From an uncultured Micrococcales bacterium (GTDB lineage Bacteria > Actinomycetota > Actinomycetes > Actinomycetales > Microbacteriaceae): a stretch of DNA of 39,857 nucleotides. Made by a program: the position numbers and the translations under genes. The stretch covers positions 1-39,857 of the forward strand of contig CALFOB010000146.1 in assembly GCA_937919125.1 (NCBI GenBank), read 5' to 3'. Positions 9,791-16,935 of this stretch are shown here, in pieces (within the stretch, counting starts at the first letter, position 1; each line of letters starts with the position of its first letter). Under the pieces are notes generated by a model that made no database searches, was not told the DNA's origin, and worked only from the letters and a program-made list of their open reading frames with translations.

Positions 9791-10072
9791 CTAGGCATTC
9801 TTGTCTAGCCCATTCTCATTCCCGGACAGAATAATCGTGCGAACTTCTAACAAGCGAGCAGCAGCAATAATCTCCGCCGTCTTCTTCGCTTGCTTGTTGC
9901 GTTTACGAGTAATGTAGCGTGCCACCAACAGCTTCTCAGAGTCGGCTGCCTCATCAAGATGATCCCAGTCCTCATCAAGCCAATGCTGAGTATCAAACAA
10001 CTGGATCTCACCATTACCCCAAGAACCATCAACGCTGACCCACAGGCCGTTGAAAGTGCGAGTCTTACGCAT
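9791..10072 (-). CDS. Hypothetical protein
   Basis: GAGAGG RBS; overlap coupling. Confidence 0.7.
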   Translation of the reverse strand: MRKTRTFNGLWVSVDGSWGNGEIQLFDTQHWLDEDWDHLDEAADSEKLLVARYITRKRNKQAKKTAEIIAAARLLEVRTIILSGNENGLDKNA

Positions 10073-10268
10073 TCGACAGCACCTCTCTCTTATCTACATC
10101 TAGCACCCAGTAAGTGCCAGTAGGGCGCGGGAGAACAGCGTCTAGTATGCCACCGCCGTCTTCGATAATCTTTGTGCCCTCAGCTAGTGCCTCGTCCAAA
10201 GACTCAGCTTCGATACGAACCTCGCTCCAAACGGTTTGTTGGATTTGAACCCTAAACTGTCTACTCAT
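10065..10268 (-). CDS. Hypothetical protein
   Basis: V.IEAES.DEA pattern typical of small phage early proteins. Confidence 0.7.
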   Translation of the reverse strand: MSRQFRVQIQQTVWSEVRIEAESLDEALAEGTKIIEDGGGILDAVLPRPTGTYWVLDVDKREVLSNA

Positions 10269-10584
10269 TAGGGTTCACCCATTCGCCATCTCCGATGCGG
10301 TATTCGCCAGTGGTAGTGCGCACGAACATAGGCTCGTTATCGTCCCATAGCGGGTCGCGGGTGCCAGACTCAATGCCGATGCCTGTGCCGTCTGACTCAG
10401 TAAAACCCTGAGCCATTAGTGCGTGGATAATCTGAGCTGAGAGATAAGCGTCATCGCCTATGCGGTCAGTGGTGGTTAGAACGCTCTTGACGATCTCATA
10501 AGCGTCATCGCCTAGCCAGTGTGCGTAAACGCTCACGCCGTTGTCGTATGTGTCTATGAGGGTTACGGTAGCTCGGTTGCCCAT
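10261..10584 (-). CDS. Hypothetical phage early protein (MGNRA..VYAHWLG type)
   Basis: Start at 10584 follows the AACC/GAAAGGC leader. Confidence 0.75.
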   Translation of the reverse strand: MGNRATVTLIDTYDNGVSVYAHWLGDDAYEIVKSVLTTTDRIGDDAYLSAQIIHALMAQGFTESDGTGIGIESGTRDPLWDDNEPMFVRTTTGEYRIGDGEWVNPNE

Positions 10585-10614
10585 TTTACTGCCTTTCATT
10601 ATTTGGTTGGTTGG

Positions 10615-10839
10615 TTATTTGAAACGAGAAACAGACTCGTCCCATAGGTGCTTGTTGCCCTGCTTGATAGCGGTATCTTTTATAGCCTGTAAAGCCTCAA
10701 GTCTAGTAGGGTTATCAGACTTCTTGGAACGAATAAGCATAGACATAAACTTACTCACACTCCAACGATTACCGACACCCGCAAACTTGCCGAACTCTTG
10801 CTTAGCAAGAAAAACGACATCTTCATCAAAAGTGCTCAT
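10615..10839 (-). CDS. Hypothetical protein
   Basis: TAATG coupling with the upstream gene. Confidence 0.7.
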   Translation of the reverse strand: MSTFDEDVVFLAKQEFGKFAGVGNRWSVSKFMSMLIRSKKSDNPTRLEALQAIKDTAIKQGNKHLWDESVSRFK

Positions 10840-11453
10840 TAGTAGTTCTTCTCTTTAGTAGGGGGAACAGAGCCAACAGGTAGTTTCACAATCTCAGCGA
10901 TCGAAATGTCCAACCCCTGCGACTCAGCAACATAAGTGCGAATAACGTGAACAGCCTGAGTGAACCAAGTGAAATCTTCCCAACGAGCGTTGAAAGTCAC
11001 ATAAGGAACAGGCTCATCAAGAACCTCATTCACCCTAGCCCAAGTAGGTTGCCAAACACGGCTCAAGAAACCCTGCCCCTGCTTAGCAATCCAAGTTTCA
11101 ATCTGCCAATAAGCGTTCTCGGTGGTGAAACCAGCCAAAGCAAGAGCCTCGTCACGCTTAGCACCAACAAACTCAGGGATAATAAGCGGTGCCTTGATAC
11201 TGTTAGGCATTTCCACTCGCTTGAACCCAGACTGACCCACCTGAACGCCAGACTCGGCAAGGTAAGCGTCAATGTCAGCACGACGATAGAACACGTCACG
11301 CCCGCCGTTTGAATAGTAGTCAAACTTAGCCAAGTGTTGGTGCTCAGGTTTACGCCAGTTACGGATAGTGGCCTTACTAATGCCCGTAAGAGCCTCAACC
11401 TCAGCAATAGGGATCATCTCCCCAAACTCAGGGTCAAAAAAGTTCTTAGACAT
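10839..11453 (-). CDS. MerR/excisionase-like winged-HTH DNA-binding protein with C-terminal domain
   Basis: IAEVEALTGISKATIRNWR..VFYRRADIDAYL; GGAGG RBS. Confidence 0.8.
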   Translation of the reverse strand: MSKNFFDPEFGEMIPIAEVEALTGISKATIRNWRKPEHQHLAKFDYYSNGGRDVFYRRADIDAYLAESGVQVGQSGFKRVEMPNSIKAPLIIPEFVGAKRDEALALAGFTTENAYWQIETWIAKQGQGFLSRVWQPTWARVNEVLDEPVPYVTFNARWEDFTWFTQAVHVIRTYVAESQGLDISIAEIVKLPVGSVPPTKEKNY

Positions 11454-11709
11454 TCGCTACCTCCAAAGGAAACTCTCGGTCAAGGTCGGTCATACGGTAA
11501 ACAGCAGACTGAGTTCCATTACGCTCAATCCAAGCCTCAACGACTATCTTGCGGTAATAAGAAGTGCCGCCTATCTGAATAGAGCCAAAAGGTGCTAAGT
11601 GAGCTCGCGTATCATTACGCCAGTTTCGTAACTGGTTAAGTGTGAAGTGTGTAGCCTCAGACACTTCTTTGGCGGTGAGCAGTTCACCGTATACGGGGTG
11701 AGATTTCAT
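11446..11709 (-). CDS. Excisionase-like winged-HTH protein
   Basis: LLTAKEVSEATHFTLNQLRNWR..YRKIVVEAWI; GAAAGGC RBS and TAGAGT -10 at 11737-11742. Confidence 0.8.
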   Translation of the reverse strand: MKSHPVYGELLTAKEVSEATHFTLNQLRNWRNDTRAHLAPFGSIQIGGTSYYRKIVVEAWIERNGTQSAVYRMTDLDREFPLEVANV

Positions 11710-11825
11710 TTTTATTGCCTTTCTTCTAGTTTGCTAACTCTACTATAAGTAGCCTAGCACAGTTAGTAAAAATAGGGTGTTTTGGTTGTTTTTCGTATTG
11801 GGTGTGTTTAGGTGATTTTGAAAAC

Positions 11826-11982
11826 CCTTATTTTATAAGGATTTTTTTCGTAAAAAGTCGATTTCTAAGTCGCTTAACTATATAGGAATGATTGTTATTA
11901 GTTTACCTAGATTACTAAGCAAACTAATAACAACTAAGCCAACTAGGGTTTAGCGACTTAGATTTTGAGTGAAAACTTTACG
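11826..11982. repeat. Nested inverted repeats in an AT-rich intergenic region (candidate replication origin)
   Basis: tctaagtcgct 11864-11874 / agcgacttaga 11952-11962; ttgttattagttt 11892-11904 / aaactaataacaa 11921-11933; ccttat/ataagg 11826-11840. Confidence 0.7.
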
Positions 11983-12117
11983 TGATACGACGGTCGGGCG
12001 TGTTGCGTCTGCGTCATCTGCGTCAATGATTGGGCAACGGTGATAGTCAAACTGCCAATACAACATAGATTGACCACACTCATAGCAAAGACGCATTTCG
12101 TCTTGATCGTCATTCAT
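11950..12117 (-). CDS. 55-aa hypothetical protein (not in ORF track)
   Basis: MNDDQDEMRLCYECGQ..HRC; TAATG coupling. Confidence 0.5.
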   Translation of the reverse strand: MNDDQDEMRLCYECGQSMLYWQFDYHRCPIIDADDADATRPTVVSRKVFTQNLSR

Positions 12118-12308
12118 TACGACGCCTCTTCCATGCGGACAGTCTTCGGTTCGACGATAAAAGGTGAGTGAGCTTTCACGTCAAGCCAGTTAGAAAACTC
12201 ACGCTCATAACAAACATCAGACACTTCGCCGTGAACAACAGCGTGGCGATAGATAGTAATGTTTTGGTCGCAATAAGCACATTTTGCTAGGTGTTGCGGT
12301 TCGCTCAT
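12117..12308 (-). CDS. Hypothetical protein
   Basis: Start MSEPQHLAKCAYC at 12308 via TAATG overlap; GAGG RBS. Confidence 0.65.
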   Translation of the reverse strand: MSEPQHLAKCAYCDQNITIYRHAVVHGEVSDVCYEREFSNWLDVKAHSPFIVEPKTVRMEEAS

Positions 12309-12487
12309 TAGTAAACCTCTTCGCTGACCTCTTCGACATACCAAGAAGACGGTTCGGCCGTAAAAGCCAAACCAAGTTCATCTTCGGCAATCAAATCAGC
12401 CACATCACGCCCTTTGTCGCTTAGAACGGTGATGATAATTGTGGCGTTAGAGTTCTTGCTTTGGTATTGGTAGTTATAGATTTTCAT
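12308..12487 (-). CDS. 59-aa acidic hypothetical protein (not in ORF track)
   Basis: MKIYNYQYQSKNSNATIIITVLSD..EEVY; AACC/GAAAGGC leader. Confidence 0.7.
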   Translation of the reverse strand: MKIYNYQYQSKNSNATIIITVLSDKGRDVADLIAEDELGLAFTAEPSSWYVEEVSEEVY

Positions 12488-12508
12488 TTTGTAGCCTTTC
12501 TTGGTTGG

Positions 12509-12607
12509 TTAGATAGGTTCGGAAAACCAATACCCACAATCTGGGCATTCCGTCCGATGGATACTAGGAAAGAAAACAGAGTCGCAAAACATACAACAGG
12601 CAGGCAT
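12509..12607 (-). CDS. 32-aa Zn-ribbon microprotein (not in ORF track)
   Basis: MPACCMFCDSVFFPSIHRTECPDCGYWFSEPI; TAATG coupling to the Ocr-like gene. Confidence 0.55.
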   Translation of the reverse strand: MPACCMFCDSVFFPSIHRTECPDCGYWFSEPI

Positions 12608-12939
12608 TAGTCTTCATCCTCTTCTGCTAGGCGTGCCTCTTCTGCCAAAACATCGGCATAAGCACGGCGGTAAGCGTCCTGATAGTAGGCGTAAAGGTCG
12701 ATCGCCATAAGTCCGATAATGCTAGTCTCACCTTCGTCATAACCGCCGAGTTCTTGCCAACTGTCATTGAAATCGCTTGGCATCTCTTGCCAGTCTTCAA
12801 TGATTTGGTTGTTGTAAACGGGGACGGCACTGTCCGCCATTTCGGTGAGGCGGTCATCAACATAGTTTTCGTTAGCATCTTTCAACCATTCCCAAGAGTC
12901 TAGGATTTGGTTTCGAATGTCCTTGTCGTTCATACGCAT
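12607..12939 (-). CDS. Ocr-like (T7 gp0.3-like) acidic DNA-mimic anti-restriction protein
   Basis: 110 aa, very acidic, ADSAVPVY resembles T7 Ocr ADNAVPHY, EEDED tail; early-region location. Confidence 0.7.
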   Translation of the reverse strand: MRMNDKDIRNQILDSWEWLKDANENYVDDRLTEMADSAVPVYNNQIIEDWQEMPSDFNDSWQELGGYDEGETSIIGLMAIDLYAYYQDAYRRAYADVLAEEARLAEEDED

Positions 12940-12980
12940 TTTTAGAGCCTTTCTGGTTGGTTGGTTTGTTGCTAATAAGA

Positions 12981-13034
12981 ACACTATCAGACTAAACGAC
13001 TAAATCATTCACATTTGTTCAGATACTAGGTATC
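12981..13034 (-). promoter_or_regulatory. Early promoter module copy 1
   Basis: GATACCTAGTAT (13023-13034), 36 nt spacer, TAGTGT -10 (12981-12986). Confidence 0.6.
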
Positions 13035-13080
13035 TGTTTTTCCGATAGTTGGCTAACCCTAAAAGCGTCGCAAGTGTGCT

Positions 13081-13113
13081 AAGGCGGTGTCAAGGCGGCG
13101 TCAAGGCGGTGTC
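13081..13113. repeat. Tandem 11-bp repeat AAGGCGGYGTC x3
   Basis: Read directly from the sequence. Confidence 0.85.
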
Positions 13114-13203
13114 AAAGTGTAAGGCTAGCCATTCCCGCCCACACATTCACAAAATTATTGAAATCACCGCTTGCCCTGCTTGTCTAGCATTGTGGCTAGC
13201 AAA

Positions 13204-13262
13204 GCAAGCGTGGCAGGCGTGGCAAGCGTGGCTCTGGCGTGGCAAGGCACAAGGCAAGGCAC
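13204..13262. repeat. Degenerate 9-bp repeats GCARGCGTG / GCAAGGCAC
   Basis: Read directly from the sequence. Confidence 0.75.
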
Positions 13263-13295
13263 ACATTCCAGCCGTCCCCTTTCTATGCGGAGCAT

Positions 13296-13349
13296 AAAAA
13301 AATCCCTGCCGGCCTCAGGGGGTTGAGACTGGCAGGGAAGATTTGGGAG
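13296..13349 (-). terminator. Intrinsic terminator after the 135-aa gene
   Basis: Minus strand tccctgccagtctca..tgaggccggcaggga followed by a T run. Confidence 0.75.
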
Positions 13350-13352
13350 GGG

Positions 13353-13760
13353 TTATGACTGTTTTTGCATTCTTTCAGTTGAAATTTTCCAAGCTTGTTC
13401 CTGCACGATTGTGCCGTCATCGTAAACGATTACATCACGGAAAGGGATGCGGGTTTTGTCATTGACGCTCACTAGGCAAACTTCACCGTTCCTAATGCCT
13501 ACACGGTAGCTGGTGCCCGGCAGGTTATCAACGAGCATACGGTTTAGGCGTGCCGTTGTTGTTTGCGTGTGCCATCCGGCAGTGTTCAGATAAACGCCAC
13601 CATTCCAAACTTCACCAATGAAGTTATCGTGATAGTAAACGCTCACATGAGTGTCATAGGCGGTTGCGTGAGTGTTGTGAGCTACACGCTTTTTGTAGCG
13701 ATCGCCAACAAGGCGGTTTAGGTTGCCGTAATTCATGGCCGGGAGTTTTAGGTTGCTCAT
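13353..13760 (-). CDS. Phage early protein of unknown function (GW.T.TT..RLN type)
   Basis: AACC/GAAAGGC leader, own promoter and terminator. Confidence 0.8.
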   Translation of the reverse strand: MSNLKLPAMNYGNLNRLVGDRYKKRVAHNTHATAYDTHVSVYYHDNFIGEVWNGGVYLNTAGWHTQTTTARLNRMLVDNLPGTSYRVGIRNGEVCLVSVNDKTRIPFRDVIVYDDGTIVQEQAWKISTERMQKQS

Positions 13761-13800
13761 GATGTGCCTTTCATCTAGGTTGGTTGGTGCTTATGTATCA

Positions 13801-13854
13801 ACTCTATTGTCTAGGTTGCTAAATGCTTCATCATCGTTAGCAATACTAGGTATC
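13801..13854 (-). promoter_or_regulatory. Early promoter module copy 2
   Basis: GATACCTAGTAT (13843-13854), 36 nt spacer, TAGAGT -10 (13801-13806). Confidence 0.6.
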
Positions 13855-14047
13855 GTGTTTGCTTGTACTTGCAAGGCCTATCCCCCTAGGGGGGGGGGTG
13901 GCCTGCCTCGCTTGCCGGGTTCGCCTCGCCCGTGTTGATAGCGAAACCATGTTGTGAAGGCGATTCCAGCCGTCCCCTATAGTTAGCATCCCCCCTCCAA
14001 AAATTCAAATATCAACACCTGTCTATCATTGATGCTATTATGGCCTT

Positions 14048-14548
14048 ATGGCTCGTATTGCAGATCACCCTTTGAGGCTTGCTAGGATTACGGCAGGTTT
14101 CAGTCAGAATCAGTTGGCTCAGCGTGCTGGCGTACACCGCAGCGCCCTCACGGCTATTGAGGATGGGCGCACTAAGCGTCCCAGCCCGGCCTTATTGCAG
14201 ACTATTGCGGGCATCCTCGATGTCCCTGCAAGCTATCTTGAGAGTGAGATTGAGAAGTGGTTGAAGAATCCTTCTGTTGCAAGTTTGACACCTGCGGCAA
14301 AGAATTTGTTGGAGGTTCCTCCGTACGTGCTTTCTCAGTATTATCCAAGTTTCGTCGCGTGGCGAAAGGAGTTGTCGAAGACTCCGACTGCGTTTGCGAG
14401 CATGTTGAGGTTGAATCCTGCGACTGTCAGAGATTACGAGTCGGGGAAGACGAATTCTATGCCGGATGTTCTGTCAGGCAAACTTATTACAATCTTGGGT
14501 GTTAGTCCGGAGTATTTGGTTGAGTTGGAAGGGTTGCCTCGTGGCTGA
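14048..14548 (+). CDS. XRE-family regulator with two HTH domains
   Basis: FSQNQLAQRAGVHRSALTAIEDG and TPTAFASMLRLNPATVRDYESG; TGnTATTAT 6 nt upstream of the ATG (leaderless). Confidence 0.85.
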   Translation: MARIADHPLRLARITAGFSQNQLAQRAGVHRSALTAIEDGRTKRPSPALLQTIAGILDVPASYLESEIEKWLKNPSVASLTPAAKNLLEVPPYVLSQYYPSFVAWRKELSKTPTAFASMLRLNPATVRDYESGKTNSMPDVLSGKLITILGVSPEYLVELEGLPRG

Positions 14549-14639
14549 GTTTCCGTTTTGTAAGTGTATTAATGTGCATGGTCGTCGTTGTGGCCGTAAG
14601 GTGTGTGCGGGCGTTGAGGTGAAGAAAGGTGGAGCATGA
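14541..14639 (+). CDS. 32-aa Cys-rich microprotein (not in ORF track)
   Basis: MAEFPFCKCINVHGRRCGRKVCAGVEVKKGGA bridges the gap, overlapping both neighbours. Confidence 0.45.
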   Translation: MAEFPFCKCINVHGRRCGRKVCAGVEVKKGGA

Positions 14640-14847
14640 TGCGGTTAATCATCCGAGCCATTACACGAGCGATCCTTCTGGTGTGGAATGTATTTCTGTC
14701 ACTCGTCACCGCAATTTTAATGTTGGTAATGCTATTAAGTATCTTTGGCGTGCTGGCCTTAAAGACGGTAATGCGGATGTGCAAGATTTACGTAAAGCGA
14801 TTTGGTATATCGAGGATGAGATTGTGAGATTGAGTGGACGCGAATAA
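14629..14847 (+). CDS. DUF3310/SaV-like protein (T7 gp1.7 nucleotide kinase-like)
   Basis: VNHPSHYT..ECI..GNAIKYLWRAGLK..DLRKAIWYI. Confidence 0.85.
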   Translation: MEHDAVNHPSHYTSDPSGVECISVTRHRNFNVGNAIKYLWRAGLKDGNADVQDLRKAIWYIEDEIVRLSGRE

Positions 14848-15547
14848 GTTTGAGAGTAGGTTAGATGCCCCACGTAAAACTAAGGAGCAGGCCTTATTTG
14901 AGGCTGTGCTTAGAGCAGCCATTAGCGCCGACCGGCAGGGTTTGTTCTTGGAGTCTCAAGTTATCTTGGACCAAGATGCCAGTCTTCGAAAAGAGGATGT
15001 TGAGCTTGTTTGGGGGTCCAGCAAGTTTCAACGTGCTTTATCTGACCGTGGAATCAAGACGACGCAGAACCCAAATCTTACCCTTCGGCAGGAGACGTTT
15101 CTTCAGGCTTACCTCAATCCGTTAAATATGTTGACGCCTCAGGTGTTGGCGAAGCGGATGAAGATTGGCCTGAATGAGATTGATGGCTGGATGCGTCAGA
15201 AGGAGTTTGCAGCTGCTATGGCTGCGAAGTCTGAGGATAATTTGAAGAAGTTTTTGCCGATGGCGGATGCTGCTTTGGGCCAGAAGGTCCAAGAGGGCGA
15301 TATGAAGGCGATTACGTTCTTGAATCAGTTGACTGGGCGTTTTGATCCTAATGCTAAACAGAATTTGGATGTGCCTGCTATTCTGATGCAAGTTCAAGAC
15401 GTGATCCTTCGGCATGTGTTGGATCCTGCGGTGAAGCGTAATATTGCTCGTGAGTTGATTGCTTTGGCTTCTGGGCAGTCACATTTTTCTGCGCTTCCTG
15501 AGCCAGCTAGTGCGTCTATTGAGGTTGAATCAATTAGGGTAGATTAG
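14834..15547 (+). CDS. Putative terminase small subunit / HTH protein
   Basis: LTLRQETFL, W...KEF, GDMKAI..LNQLTGRF pattern typical of TerS-like proteins. Confidence 0.55.
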   Translation: MDANKFESRLDAPRKTKEQALFEAVLRAAISADRQGLFLESQVILDQDASLRKEDVELVWGSSKFQRALSDRGIKTTQNPNLTLRQETFLQAYLNPLNMLTPQVLAKRMKIGLNEIDGWMRQKEFAAAMAAKSEDNLKKFLPMADAALGQKVQEGDMKAITFLNQLTGRFDPNAKQNLDVPAILMQVQDVILRHVLDPAVKRNIARELIALASGQSHFSALPEPASASIEVESIRVD

Positions 15548-16069
15548 GCTCTCTATTAGCTTGTTGTGCTTGCTTATGTTGCACCTACCATGCGCTGGCT
15601 TGACGTTTGAAAGGGTGTCTGGTCCGCCCTTGCTGATCGGTATTACGTGATCCAAGTGAAGCCCATTGCTGCCAACTCGTGGAGCTGACAGGTCAATAGG
15701 TTGTTTGCAGATGTGGCAATCGGTACCCCATTTATCTAGAACATCTTGTTTGGTGTATTTTTCGCTAACAACCGCATTTTTTCTGGCTCGCCTAAGCCTA
15801 TTGTCTGCCCTTCGGCGCTCTTTATTTTCTTGGTAATATTTTTTACCGTAAACCTTACGAGCATCTATGTTTTTCAAATAGTAAGCTCGCTTATGCGCAT
15901 TGGCCTTCGCTACATATTCTTCAGACTTGCCATACTTGGTTTTATACCGAGTAACAACGCAGATCTTACATTCGCCATGTAGCCCAAGCGGTCTTGATTT
16001 ATTTTTATGAAAATCAGAATACGGCTTGATTGTGTCGCATTTGCTGCAACGTTTTGATAGAGTATCCAT
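15530..16069 (-). CDS. HNH homing endonuclease
   Basis: N-terminal KRCSKC..ECKIC; CHIC..HLDHVIPISKGG..NVKPAHGRCNISK; ATG at 16069 with GGAAGG. Confidence 0.9.
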   Translation of the reverse strand: MDTLSKRCSKCDTIKPYSDFHKNKSRPLGLHGECKICVVTRYKTKYGKSEEYVAKANAHKRAYYLKNIDARKVYGKKYYQENKERRRADNRLRRARKNAVVSEKYTKQDVLDKWGTDCHICKQPIDLSAPRVGSNGLHLDHVIPISKGGPDTLSNVKPAHGRCNISKHNKLIESLIYPN

Positions 16070-16091
16070 ATCGAACCTTCCCGTTCGGTCT

Positions 16092-16128
16092 GCTCCCGGT
16101 TGTTGACGCAATGCGGGAGCTTTTCTTT
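16092..16128 (+). terminator. Hairpin/terminator upstream of the HNH gene
   Basis: gctcccg/cgggagc stem followed by ttttcttt. Confidence 0.6.
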
Positions 16129-16155
16129 ATTCTATCACGAATCGGGTGCTAAGAT
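16129..16155. promoter_or_regulatory. Divergent -10 boxes
   Basis: TAGAAT on minus (16129-16134) and TGnTAAGAT on plus (16147-16155). Confidence 0.5.
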
Positions 16156-16191
16156 AGGTATGAGACTACCACTAACTATTTAGGAGTTCTC

Positions 16192-16686
16192 GTGAGCTAC
16201 ACGACTACCACTAAGCTCGCTTTGAAGAAGGCTGTGATTGGTTCTAATCAAGCGTTTGAGACTGCTGAGATTAATGCTAACTGGGATAAGGTTGACGCTG
16301 AGGCTGTAGCAGCTGATGTGCGCCTTGATGCGCTTGAGGCAGCTGATGTTGCTCTTGATACCCGTTTGGACGCTGTGGAGGCTGCTGCAGCTGTTACGAC
16401 TAGCGTGCGCGATGTGGCGTTGACTACTGACACTTTGTTGTCTGGCGATAAGAATAATGTGGTCCGTTACACTTCTTCTGCTGCTGTGAGTGTGTCTGTG
16501 CCTAATGTTTTGACTGCTTCGCAGCGTATTGACATTATTCAGGATGGTACTGGGCAGGTTACTTTTACCGCTGGGTCTGGTGTTACTTTGACTGGTACTG
16601 GTACTAAGACTGCTGCACAGTATGCTGGTGCAACTATTTTGTGTGTTGCTGCAGGTCAGTATCGTCTGATTGGTAACATCCTGTAA
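16192..16686 (+). CDS. Minor virion/tail-fibre-like protein
   Basis: TTKLALKK..INANWDKVD fibre-type N-terminus, coiled coil, beta-rich C-terminus; AGGAG RBS. Confidence 0.65.
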   Translation: MSYTTTTKLALKKAVIGSNQAFETAEINANWDKVDAEAVAADVRLDALEAADVALDTRLDAVEAAAAVTTSVRDVALTTDTLLSGDKNNVVRYTSSAAVSVSVPNVLTASQRIDIIQDGTGQVTFTAGSGVTLTGTGTKTAAQYAGATILCVAAGQYRLIGNIL

Positions 16687-16934
16687 TGCCTGAGGTAGAG
16701 GCTATGCACGTGAAGGTCACTATTAATGACCTTTATAAGGAGCAGCAGGAAACTAATAAGTTGTTGATTCAGTTGGCTGCCCAGTTGCAGAATATGGCTG
16801 ATTTGCCTGATCGTGTTCGTGCGGTTGAGAAAACTCAGGATGAGAATTCTTGGATTCCGAAACTTATTTGGGCGGCGCTGTCTACTGGTATAGTTGGTTT
16901 TGGGACGGCACTTTTTACTTTGATTAGAGGTTAA
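16686..16934 (+). CDS. Coiled-coil protein with C-terminal TM helix (lysis accessory)
   Basis: DRVRAVEK..LIWAALSTGIVGFGTALF; directly upstream of the endolysin. Confidence 0.7.
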   Translation: MPEVEAMHVKVTINDLYKEQQETNKLLIQLAAQLQNMADLPDRVRAVEKTQDENSWIPKLIWAALSTGIVGFGTALFTLIRG

Positions 16935-16935
16935 T

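Noticed and set aside
11975-11988. Second parS-like sequence (actttacgtgatac)
   Set aside because: Only about 10 of 14 positions match and it is not palindromic
12561-12570. Third copy of the early operator (atactaggaa)
   Set aside because: Partial match inside a small ORF with no -10 box at the matching spacing
13040-13295. CRISPR mini-array associated with the Cas4-like gene
   Set aside because: Repeats are 9-11 bp, directly tandem, and have no unique spacers
13049-13297. 82-aa plus-strand ORF
   Set aside because: TTG start without an RBS; translation simply reflects the DNA repeats (QAWQAW); antisense to the early region
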